From an uncultured Clostridia bacterium (GTDB lineage: Bacteria; Bacillota; Clostridia; TANB77; CAG-508), in contig CANRBL010000003.1 of NCBI GenBank assembly GCA_947628835.1, positions 196-64,195 on the forward strand: a DNA stretch of 64,000 nucleotides. The letters are read 5' to 3'. The position numbers and the translations under genes were made by a program. The notes under the pieces are model-generated. The model saw only the letters and a program-made list of their open reading frames with translations, was not told the DNA's origin and ran no database searches. Positions 19,890-28,943 of the stretch are shown piece by piece (position 1 is the stretch's first letter; every line of letters begins with the position of its first letter).

Positions 19890-22507
19890 ATGGAATTAAA
19901 ATTATCAAATAAAAAAGAAAAAAAATATATAAATAAAAATGATTTTAATAAAATGAAGATGTTAAGTAAGCAAATGAAAGATTTACTAAAAAGAGGAGAA
20001 AATAAACAGGCAATACGAATATGTGAAGAATTTGAAAAAGAAAATCCTAAAATAAATATATATGAAAATGAATATATAGTAAGTCAATTAATGTCAGCAT
20101 ATAATAGGCAGGCTAAAAAAGAAAAGTTAAATAAAAATATTTTATGTTTAAAAGCAATAGAAGTAGGAAATAGGTTTAAAGGAATAGCTGAGACAGTAGC
20201 AAGTCAAAAAATGATGGCATTAAACGAATTAGAAAGATACGAAGAAATAGAGCAAGAAGCAGAAAAATGGAAAGATGAGAAAGGAAAAATAAAAGATGAG
20301 TTTATAGCAAGTCAGTTATTAATAGCATTAAATAAACAAGGAAAGTATGAAGAAGTAAAAAGAAAAGTAGAAAATTGGAGAGAAAATGGAAAAATAATAG
20401 ATGAATTTATAGAAAGTCATTTATTAGTAGCTTTAAATGGACAAGGAAAGTATGAAAAGGTAATAAAAGAGGTAGAAAGTTGGAAAAATGAGAATAGAAA
20501 AATAACAGATGAATTTATGGAAAGTCAATTGTTAGTGGCATTAAATAAACAAGGTAAATATGAAGAAGTAGAAAAAGAAGTAGAAAATTGGAGAGATGAG
20601 AAAGGAAAAATAATAGATGAATTTATAATGAGCCAGTTGTTAGTAGCATTAAATGGACAAGGAAAATATGAAGAAGTAGAAAAAAAAGTAGAAATTTTGA
20701 GAGATGAGAATGGAAAAATAAAAGATGAAAGTATAACAAGTCAATTGTTAGTAGCATTAAATGGACAAGGGAAGTATGAAAAAGTAGAAAAAGAAGTTAA
20801 AAATTTGATAGATGAGAATGGAAAAATAATAGATGAAGTTATAGCAAGTCAGTGGTTAGTAGCATTAAATGGACAAGAAAAATATGAAGAAGTAGAAAAA
20901 GAAGTAGAAAATTGGAGAAAAGCAGATGGAAAAATAACAAATGAGTTTATAGCAAATCAGTTGTTAGTAGCGTTAAATGGACAAGGAAAATATGAAAAAG
21001 TAGAAAAAGAAGTAGAAAATTGGAGAGAGGAGAATGGAAAAATAAAAAGTTCATTTATAGCAAGTCAATTGTTAGTGGCATTAAATAAACAAGGAAAGTA
21101 TGGACAAGCAATAAAAGAAACGGAAAAATGGAGAGATGAAAATGGAAAAATAACAAAAGAAAGTATAGAAAGTCAATTGATAGTAACATTAAATAAAAAA
21201 GGAAAATATGAAAATGTAAGAGAAATAATATATAAAATAAGAGCAAAAGTATTAGAAAATAAACTAACACAAGAAGATATAAAAAAATTAGAAAGCAAAA
21301 AAGAACAAATAGGAGAATATGAATATGGAATAATATTAATAGAAATAGAGATGAGAAATAGAAGAAAGGAAAATGCAGAAAAAATAGTAAAGGAAATGTT
21401 AAAAAGGGAAAGTAGAAATGAGAAAGAAATAAAAGAATTGAAAAAAGTAAGAGAAGAAATAAAAAAGAAGAAGAGTATATTTAATATAGGAATGTATGAC
21501 GATATATTAGGAATAGATGTAGAAAAAGGAAGAGAATACATAGAAAAAATGAAAAAAGAAGAAATAGAACAAAAGCAAGGGGAAATAAGGAGAGAAAAAG
21601 AGAATGATAAAAGAAAGAAAACATAAGCAAAGAAAGAAGAGAGGGTATTAAAGAAAAAAATAATAGACAAGATATTATAGTAGATGATAGCAAAGAAGTT
21701 AAAAAAGAAAACAAAGAGATAAAACAAAAAGAAAAAATAAAAAGTCAAGAAAAAACAAAGAAAAAACGAAAAGAATTAAAAGAAAATAAAAAGAAACATA
21801 TAGGAAAATTAGAAGAAATAAAGGAAAAAATAGAAGTTAAGGTAGCAATACATAATATAAAAAGATACATAGAAAGAAGAAAAGAGGAGCAAATAAAGCA
21901 AGAAAAAAAAGTAAATGAAATTATAGAAGAAAATAAAGAAAAAGAAGAAAAAAATAAAATAAAAGACCAAAAACAATCAAATAAAGAAATACAAGAGCAA
22001 GCAAAAGAACTGTTAAAGAAAGTAATATTAGACAAATATAAAGAAATATCTAAATATATAGAAATATCTAACAGTAAAGAAAAAAGTAAAAATAAAGAAA
22101 TAATAAATAGAATTGACCAAATGGAAGAAATATTAGAAAGAAAAGAAGTCGGAGGAAAACAAATAATACAAATAGTATCATATTTAATAGCAGAAGGAAA
22201 AAAGGAAGAAATAGAAAAAATATATCCAGAAGAAACAGAGATGGTAGACCAATTAACAAGAATCACAAATTGTAAAATGGTAATAAATAAACAAGAGTTA
22301 AGAGAAAAAATATCTGCAATAAAAGAAAAATATAAAGATGATGAGCAAATGCAAGAAACGATAGAAAAATTAATAGAAAATGCTAAAAGAATAAGAAAAG
22401 AGCAAATTGAGGAAAGTGTTAAATTTAACAATAAAAGAAAAGTTAAAGAAATAAGAAAAAATAAGATACAAGAAAAAACAATAACAAAGATTAATAGAGA
22501 AAGATAG
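19890..22507 (+). pseudogene. 36-aa helical-repeat protein, paralogue 1, reading frame broken
   Basis: ORF 19890..21626 holds the N-terminus and repeats. The C-terminal region homologous to paralogue 2 continues in another frame, open 21611..22507. The two frames overlap only at 21611-21623. Confidence 0.6.
20190..21255 (+). repeat. Tandem 108-bp (36-codon) coding repeats, about 10 units
   Basis: Units such as EFIESQLLVALNGQGKYEEVEKEVENWRDEKGKIID are repeated head to tail. Boundaries are approximate. Confidence 0.85.
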
Positions 22508-22574
22508 AGGAACAACAATGTAGAATTACAAAAAAGAAGGAGAAAATATGTCTTAGAAAGGTAGGATAGTAAAA

Positions 22575-24749
22575 ATGGAATTAAAATTATCAAATAAACA
22601 AGAAAAAAAATATATAAATAAAAATTACTTTAATAAAATAAAGATGTTAAGTAAGCAAATGAAAGAGTTACTAAAAAGAGGAAAAAATAGACAGGCAATA
22701 CGAATATGTGAAGAATTTGAAAAAGAAAATCCTAAAATAAATATATATGAAAATGAATATATAGTAAGTCAATTAATGTCAGCATATAATAGGCAGGCTA
22801 AAAAAGAAAAGTTAAATAAAAATATTTTATGTTTAAAAGCAATAGAAGTAGGAAATAGGTTTAAAGGAATAGCTGAGACAGTAGCAAGTCAAAAAATGAT
22901 GGCATTAAACGAATTAGAAAGATACGAAGAAATAGAGCAAGAAGCAGAAAAATGGAAAGATGAGAAAGGAAAAATAATAGGAAAATTTATAGCAAGTCAG
23001 TTTTTAGTAGCATTAAATAAACAAGGAAAATATGGAGAGATGATAGAAGAAACAGAAGAATTGATGGGTAGAGAAGGAAAAATAATAGATGAATTTATAG
23101 AAAGTCAAAGATTAGTAGCATTAAATGGATTAAAAAGATATGAAGAAGTGATAAAAGAAACAGAAGAATGGAAAAATAGAGAAGGAAAAATAACAGTAGA
23201 AAGTATAGCAAGCCAGAGGCTAGTAGCATTAAATAAACAAGAAAAATATGAAGAAGTGGAAAAAGAAGTAGAAAATTGGAGAGATGAGAAAGGAAAAATA
23301 ACGAGTGCAACTATAGTAAGTCAGTGGTTGGTAGCATTAAATGGATTAAAAAGATATGAAGAAATGATAGAAGAAACAGAAGAATGGCGAGATAAAGAAG
23401 GAAAAATAATAAATGATTTTATAGAAAGTCAGTTATTAGTAGCATTAAATGGATTAAAAAGATATGAAGAAGTAAAAGAAGAAACAGAAGAATGGCAAGA
23501 TAGAGAAGGAAAAATAACAAATGAATTTATAGGAATTCAAAGATTAGTAGCATTAAATGGATTAAAAAGATATGAAGAAGTAATAGAAGAAACAGAAAAA
23601 TGGAAAAATAGTGAAGAAAAGATAACGATAGAAAGTATAGCAAGCCAGAGGCTAGTAGCATTAAATAAACAAGAAAAATATGAAGAAGTAGAAAAAGAAA
23701 TAGAAAATTGGAGAGATGAGAAAGGAAAAATAACGAGTGCAACTATAGAAAGTCAGTGGTTGGTAGCATTAAATGGATTAAAAAGGTATAAAGAAGTAAT
23801 AGAAGAAACTAAAGAATGGAGAAATAGAGAGGGAAAAATAACAGATAAATTTATAGAAAGCCAGTTGAAAGTAGCATTAAATGGACAAGAAGAGTGTAAA
23901 AAATCAGAAAAAGAAGGATTTGGAGTAGAGGCAGAAAAGGCAAAACAAAAAAGAAAGATATTAGAGAGAAAATTAAAAAGTCAAGAAAAACCAGAGAAAA
24001 AACAAAAAGATTTAGAAGAATTAAAAAAGAAAAATATAAGAAAATTAGAAGAAAAAATAGAAATTAAAGTAGCAATAAATAATATAAAAAGATACATAGA
24101 AAGAAGAAAAGAGGAGCAAATAAAGCAAGAAAAAAATGAAAATGTTATAGAAGAAAATAAAGAAAAAGAAGAAAAAAATAAAACAAAAGAGAAAAGAGTA
24201 GAAAATAAAGTAAAATACCAAAAACAATCAAATAAAGAAATACAAGAGCAAGCAAAAGAAATGTTAAAAAAAGTAATAGTAGACAAACAAATATTTAACA
24301 GTAAAGAAATAAGTAAAAATAAAGAAATATTAAATAGAATTGACCAAATGGAAGAAATATTAGAAAGAAAAGAAGTCGGAGGAAAACAAATAATACAAAT
24401 AGTATCATATTTAATAGCAGAAGGAAAAAAGGAAGAAATAGAAAAAATATATCCAGAAGAAACAGAGATGGTAGACCAATTAACAAGAATCACAAATTGT
24501 AAAATGGTAATAAATAAACAAGAGTTAAGAGAAAAAATATCTGCAATAAAAGAAAAATATAAAGATGATGAGCAAATGCAAGAAACGATAGAAAAATTAA
24601 TAGAAAATGCTAAAAAAATAAGAAAAGAGCAAATTGAGAAAAAAACGATATACAAAAATGAAAAGGAGATAAAAGGAATAGTTTCAAAAGGATTAAAACA
24701 AGAACCAGCAAAAATAAAATCAGTAATAAGAAAAGAAGCAGGCAGATAA
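22575..24749 (+). CDS. 36-aa helical-repeat (TPR/PPR-like) protein, paralogue 2, intact (724 aa)
   Basis: Single ORF. The N-terminal ~135 aa are nearly identical to paralogue 1. Then come about 10 repeats, a Lys/Glu-rich region and a conserved C-terminal domain MEEILERKEVGGKQIIQIVSYLIAEGKK... Confidence 0.7.
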   Translation: MELKLSNKQEKKYINKNYFNKIKMLSKQMKELLKRGKNRQAIRICEEFEKENPKINIYENEYIVSQLMSAYNRQAKKEKLNKNILCLKAIEVGNRFKGIAETVASQKMMALNELERYEEIEQEAEKWKDEKGKIIGKFIASQFLVALNKQGKYGEMIEETEELMGREGKIIDEFIESQRLVALNGLKRYEEVIKETEEWKNREGKITVESIASQRLVALNKQEKYEEVEKEVENWRDEKGKITSATIVSQWLVALNGLKRYEEMIEETEEWRDKEGKIINDFIESQLLVALNGLKRYEEVKEETEEWQDREGKITNEFIGIQRLVALNGLKRYEEVIEETEKWKNSEEKITIESIASQRLVALNKQEKYEEVEKEIENWRDEKGKITSATIESQWLVALNGLKRYKEVIEETKEWRNREGKITDKFIESQLKVALNGQEECKKSEKEGFGVEAEKAKQKRKILERKLKSQEKPEKKQKDLEELKKKNIRKLEEKIEIKVAINNIKRYIERRKEEQIKQEKNENVIEENKEKEEKNKTKEKRVENKVKYQKQSNKEIQEQAKEMLKKVIVDKQIFNSKEISKNKEILNRIDQMEEILERKEVGGKQIIQIVSYLIAEGKKEEIEKIYPEETEMVDQLTRITNCKMVINKQELREKISAIKEKYKDDEQMQETIEKLIENAKKIRKEQIEKKTIYKNEKEIKGIVSKGLKQEPAKIKSVIRKEAGR
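22875..23910 (+). repeat. Tandem 108-bp coding repeats with a 432-bp higher-order repeat
   Basis: 23199.. and 23631.. are near-identical over more than 160 nt (offset 432 = 4 units). Boundaries are approximate. Confidence 0.85.
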
Positions 24750-24769
24750 AGAACAAATATCTTAAATAG

Positions 24770-24823
24770 CGGAATTAATATTTAAAAAGCAAACAATTGC
24801 TATAAATATTAATTCCGTTTTTT
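24770..24823 (+). terminator. Hairpin plus T-run after repeat-protein gene
   Basis: CGGAATTAATATTT ... AAATATTAATTCCG followed by TTTTTT. Confidence 0.55.
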
Positions 24824-24848
24824 GTCGAACTTTTCTTAGTATTCGACA
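24823..24848. promoter_or_regulatory. Inverted pair of Spo0A-box heptamers upstream of spoIIAA
   Basis: TGTCGAA (24823-24829) and TTCGACA (24842-24848), about 125 nt upstream of the spoIIAA start. Confidence 0.45.
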
Positions 24849-24970
24849 AAAGTTCTATAGTTTTGCTATTGGAAAAAATTACCAATTAATATATAATTAT
24901 TAACAATAAAGGTTTGAAAATTAAGTAAAAAAAATGGACAAGCCAAAATAAAAATAAAGGAGGACAAGTA

Positions 24971-25294
24971 TTGGAAAGCGAGTTTATACAAGAAAGCAAG
25001 CTTCTAATTTTCAGAATTACAGAAGAAATTGATGAATGTAGTGTACAAAAAATAAGGAGGAAAGCAGATTATGAAATTGAAAGATATATGCCTAAAAAAG
25101 TTATATTTGATTTTAATCGTGTTACTTTCATGGATAGTGCAGGAATAGGATTAGTAATTGGTAGGTATAAAATTGTTAATATGATAGGTGGTAAAGTCGA
25201 AATGGCAAATTTAAACAAAAGTGTAGAGAAAATTTTTGAAATGTGTGGAGTATTAAAATTGATACCAATAACCAAATTAGAAGAAGCGGTGTAA
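24971..25294 (+). CDS. spoIIAA: Anti-sigma-F factor antagonist (STAS domain)
   Basis: TTG start after AAAGGAGG. VIFDFNRVTFMDSAGIGLVIGRYK is the STAS/SpoIIAA signature including the phosphorylatable Ser. It sits directly upstream of spoIIAB-sigF. Confidence 0.85.
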   Translation: MESEFIQESKLLIFRITEEIDECSVQKIRRKADYEIERYMPKKVIFDFNRVTFMDSAGIGLVIGRYKIVNMIGGKVEMANLNKSVEKIFEMCGVLKLIPITKLEEAV

Positions 25295-25318
25295 AAAAAT
25301 TAAGATAAAAGTATTAAA

Positions 25319-25360
25319 TTCATCTGTATTGTGAGTAAAGCGAGAAATGAATGAATTTTA
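25319..25360 (+). repeat. Short interspersed repeat (family B), copy in the spoIIAA-spoIIAB spacer
   Basis: TTCATCTGTATTGTGAGTAAAGCGAGAAATGAATGAATTTTA resembles copies at 33722, 33790, 46617 and 52027 (reverse complement). Confidence 0.6.
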
Positions 25361-25381
25361 ATGTGGAAGGAAGAAATAAAA

Positions 25382-25852
25382 ATGTTTGATAATGAAATGA
25401 AATTAGAATTTTTAAGTAAATCAAATAATGAAGCATTTGCAAGAATTACAGTAGCTGCATTTGCTTCACAATTAGACCCAACTATAGAAGAACTTGCAGA
25501 CATAAAAACAGCTGTATCAGAAGCTGTTACAAATGCTATTATACATGGATACGAAGACAAAACAGGAGTGGTAAAAATAGTATGTAAAATTAAAGAAAAT
25601 GAATTAGAAATACAAATCTCAGATAATGGAAAGGGAATAGAAAATGTAGAAATGGCAAAACAGCCATTATATACTACAAGACCAAACTTAGAGAGGTCAG
25701 GAATGGGATTTACAATAATGGAAAGTTTTATGGATAGCATAGAAATTGAATCTATATTAGGTATTGGAACAAAAATAACAATGAGAAAAACAATAAAAAA
25801 GATGGAAGAAAATTTAGAAGAAGATGATTTTGCTAATTCCTTAAGGGGGTAG
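25382..25852 (+). CDS. spoIIAB: Anti-sigma-F factor (serine kinase, GHKL)
   Basis: [30 protein letters not shown] are the N, G1 and G2 boxes. ATG 25382 is preferred. Confidence 0.9.
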   Translation: MFDNEMKLEFLSKSNNEAFARITVAAFASQLDPTIEELADIKTAVSEAVTNAIIHGYEDKTGVVKIVCKIKENELEIQISDNGKGIENVEMAKQPLYTTRPNLERSGMGFTIMESFMDSIEIESILGIGTKITMRKTIKKMEENLEEDDFANSLRG

Positions 25853-25856
25853 TAAG

Positions 25857-26585
25857 TTGGATGAAAAAGATATAAAAAGTATAAGAGAAGCTCAAAAAGG
25901 TAATAAAGAAGAATTAGGAATTTTAATCGAAAAAAATAATGGGTTAATATGGAGTATAGTAAAAAGATTTATGGGGAGAGGTTACGAAAAAGAAGATTTA
26001 TATCAAATAGGCTGTATGGGATTTATAAAATCAATAAAAAAATTTAATACCGATTATGATGTAAAATTATCAACGTATGCAGTACCATACATATTAGGAG
26101 AAATAAAAAGATTTATAAGAGATGATGGGCCGATAAAAGTTAGTAGAAGTTTAAAAGAGTTGAATGCAAAAATAGTAGAAACCCAGAGACAATATCTAAA
26201 CAGAACAGGAAAAGAAATGTCATTAAAATTATTATCAGAAACATTAAAAATATCTAGGGAAGATATAACAATGGCAATGGATTCAGCAAAACCTGTAGAT
26301 TCAATAGAAGAATCTACATATAGAGATAATAAAACTGATAGTACGGTTAGCATATTAGATAAAATTTCTACGGGAAAAGATGAAGCAACTCTAATATCAA
26401 ATAAATTAACAATAAAAAAGCTAATAGAAGGATTACAAAGTAAAGAAAAAGAAGTGATATTGCTTAGATTTTATAAGGAAAAAACACAAATGCAAGTGGC
26501 GAAGATACTAGGAATAACACAAGTTCAAGTTTCAAGAATAGAAAGAAAAGTATTAGAAAGCATGAAAATAAAACTAATATCGTAG
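25857..26585 (+). CDS. sigF: Sporulation sigma factor F
   Basis: Sigma-70 regions 2-4 (DLYQIGCMGFIKSIKKFN, STYAVPYILGEIKRFIRD, QMQVAKILGITQVQVSRIERK). Position after spoIIAB. Confidence 0.85.
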   Translation: MDEKDIKSIREAQKGNKEELGILIEKNNGLIWSIVKRFMGRGYEKEDLYQIGCMGFIKSIKKFNTDYDVKLSTYAVPYILGEIKRFIRDDGPIKVSRSLKELNAKIVETQRQYLNRTGKEMSLKLLSETLKISREDITMAMDSAKPVDSIEESTYRDNKTDSTVSILDKISTGKDEATLISNKLTIKKLIEGLQSKEKEVILLRFYKEKTQMQVAKILGITQVQVSRIERKVLESMKIKLIS

Positions 26586-26650
26586 AAGGTTAACATTTAA
26601 CCATATAAGATAGTTACTGATTAGTAACAAAAAATAAAAGAGGTGATAAA

Positions 26651-27727
26651 GTGAAAAAAATTTGCATTTACTTTATAGCATTTATTTTCATTTGCTTTAT
26701 ATTACCAGCCATATTAACAATAAATCAAGAAAAAAAAGAAGTAATGGCAACAATTTCAGAAAATAGCCAGAAAGATAATGAAGAAGATACTAGAGAAGAA
26801 ACTCAGGAAAATACAAATATGAAAGAAACAAACAATGAACAGATAGCAGATATAACATATAATTATACGCAATATGGAACAATTAAAGTATTACATACAC
26901 AAACACAAGAAATTGAAGAGATGAAATTAGATGAATATTTGTATGGTGTAGTATCAGCAGAAATGCCAGCAGATTATGAAATAGAAGCATTAAAAGCTCA
27001 AGCAGTTGTTGCGAGAACATATACTATTTATCAAATAATGAATAGTAAGGGAAAACATGGAGAGGCAAGCATATGTGATAATTCAACATGTTGTCAAGCG
27101 TGGATTTCAAAAGAGGACAGATTAGCAAGATGGGAAGATAGTAAAAAAGAAAGTAATTGGAATAAAATTGTGAATGCTGTAAATCAAACAGCAGGCCAAA
27201 TTATCACATATAATGGAGCTCCTATTGACGCTTTTTTTCACTCAAATAGTGGAGGAATAACAGAAACGGCAACAAATGTATGGGGAGGAACTAATTTTCC
27301 ATATTTGCAAAGCGTTGAAACATCAGGAGAAGACGCATATTCTCAATATGCGTCGCAGGTTGAATTAACTAAAGATGAATTATTGAATAAATTAAAAGAA
27401 AGCTATCCTAATATACAAATAGATTTTAATAACAATTCTGATATACAAATTACAGAATATACAGAAAGTAAGAGAGTAAGAACAGTAAAGTTTGGAAATA
27501 TTCAAATTGCAGGAACTAAAGTTAGGTCGATTTTTGGATTAAAATCAACAAATTTTAATATTACAAGAAATGGAGATAATTTTATTTTTTCAGTAATTGG
27601 ATATGGACATGGTGTTGGAATGAGTCAAACTGGTGCTGATACATTGGCAAAACAAGGTCAAAAATATGAGGATATAATTAAACATTACTATACAGGAGTT
27701 GAAATAAGTGAAATAAATTATGTATAA
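26651..27727 (+). CDS. spoIID: Stage II sporulation protein D (SpoIID/LytB domain)
   Basis: YLYGVVSAEMPADYEIEALKAQAVVARTYT, CDNSTCCQAW, FHSNSGGITE, GHGVGMSQTGA. Confidence 0.85.
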   Translation: MKKICIYFIAFIFICFILPAILTINQEKKEVMATISENSQKDNEEDTREETQENTNMKETNNEQIADITYNYTQYGTIKVLHTQTQEIEEMKLDEYLYGVVSAEMPADYEIEALKAQAVVARTYTIYQIMNSKGKHGEASICDNSTCCQAWISKEDRLARWEDSKKESNWNKIVNAVNQTAGQIITYNGAPIDAFFHSNSGGITETATNVWGGTNFPYLQSVETSGEDAYSQYASQVELTKDELLNKLKESYPNIQIDFNNNSDIQITEYTESKRVRTVKFGNIQIAGTKVRSIFGLKSTNFNITRNGDNFIFSVIGYGHGVGMSQTGADTLAKQGQKYEDIIKHYYTGVEISEINYV

Positions 27728-27777
27728 ATCCCTAAAATATGGAAATACTTGTATTATAAAAGTTAAAGGAGGAAGTT

Positions 27778-28707
27778 ATGGGAAGGGATTCAACACAAAA
27801 AAACAATATAACAAGTAATAAAACACTTTATATAGTAGGAGGTATTTTATTAGTAATAATTGCTGTTTTGATAAGTTTAGCAATATATTATGGACAAATG
27901 AATGATTTATCAGAAAAGTCAGAGCAATTGGCTAATATGGTTTCAAATGAAACTAATAATCAGACTGAAAGTGCAAGTAGTTCCATAGGAAAATCTATAG
28001 AGGAGGAAGAAGCAAAAAATAATACTATAAATACTATTTCTGAGAAGACAACAAATACTCAAACTAATAATACTAATACAAGTAATACTACAAAAAGTAC
28101 GAAAAATACAACTAATTCAAATACTAAAAGTACATCTAATAATACAAAAACAAATACATCAACTAATGTTTCAACAAATAGTAATATAACAAACAAAAAT
28201 GCTGAAGAAAATACAAATAACAATGAAAATAAAAGCAATACATCTGTAACAAATGATACTGTTGCACAAGATAGTAATGAAACGAATGAAAAAGAAGTAA
28301 TATTTATAAAACCAGTAGATGGGGAAATTGTTAAAGAGTTTGCAAAAGAAAATTTAACATATTCTGAAACTTTAAAAGAGTGGATTACACATACTGCAAT
28401 CGATATAAAAGCAGATGAAACAACAATTGTTAAAGCATCAGCAGATGGAGTTGTAAAATCTATAAAAAATGATCCTAGATATGGATTAACAATAGTTATA
28501 GAGCATAATGAAGAATATCAAACAGTATATTCTAATTTACTAACATCAGAATTTGTTGTTGAAGGAGAAACAGTAACTCAAGGTCAAACAATTGGAACAG
28601 TTGGAAACACATCTGCTTTTGAGATAGTAGATGACCCACATTTGCATTTTGCAATGATAAAAAATTCTGAATATGTTGACCCTACAATATATTTAAAAGA
28701 ACAATAA
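27778..28707 (+). CDS. Membrane-anchored LytM/M23 peptidase-domain protein (SpoIIQ-like by position)
   Basis: N-terminal TM helix, Asn/Thr-rich low-complexity linker, and a C-terminal M23 domain (HTAIDIKA...YGLTIVIEHN...GQTIGTVGNT...PHLHFAM). It follows spoIID as spoIIQ does in some Clostridia. Confidence 0.6.
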   Translation: MGRDSTQKNNITSNKTLYIVGGILLVIIAVLISLAIYYGQMNDLSEKSEQLANMVSNETNNQTESASSSIGKSIEEEEAKNNTINTISEKTTNTQTNNTNTSNTTKSTKNTTNSNTKSTSNNTKTNTSTNVSTNSNITNKNAEENTNNNENKSNTSVTNDTVAQDSNETNEKEVIFIKPVDGEIVKEFAKENLTYSETLKEWITHTAIDIKADETTIVKASADGVVKSIKNDPRYGLTIVIEHNEEYQTVYSNLLTSEFVVEGETVTQGQTIGTVGNTSAFEIVDDPHLHFAMIKNSEYVDPTIYLKEQ

Positions 28708-28768
28708 GTTAATATATTAACATAGTACTTAAATAGAGGTTGACTAATACCAAATAAAGTTCAGATGT

Positions 28769-28810
28769 CGAATTTTGCGATGAAAAAATATTGCAAAATT
28801 CGGCATTTTA
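28769..28810 (+). terminator. Hairpin after the M23 gene
   Basis: CGAATTTTGC-13 nt-GCAAAATTCG followed by GCATTTTAT. The T-run is weak. Confidence 0.4.
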
Positions 28811-28943
28811 TGTTATCTTATAAATAGATTATAATCTAAAATTAAAAATCAAAAATTAAATTAAATCAAATTAAAAAGTTTTATTCAATAATTTTTTATC
28901 ATTAAATAGAAAATCAAATTCACAAAATTTGTAAAAAGGAGTG

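Noticed and set aside
20190-23910. Regularly spaced ~108-bp repeats that could be mistaken for a CRISPR array
   Set aside because: The repeats are contiguous with no unique spacers and are in frame within long ORFs. They encode a coherent 36-aa protein motif. No cas genes are present.
21173-24655. Long minus-strand ORFs (21173..21748, 21745..22593, 23981..24655) and similar ones at 30789..31355, 38679..39167, 25300..25740 and 1076..1405
   Set aside because: They are Leu/Phe/Ser/Ile-rich, lack SD sequences, and lie antisense to well-supported Lys/Glu-rich plus-strand genes. These are typical shadow ORFs of AT-rich, purine-skewed coding DNA.
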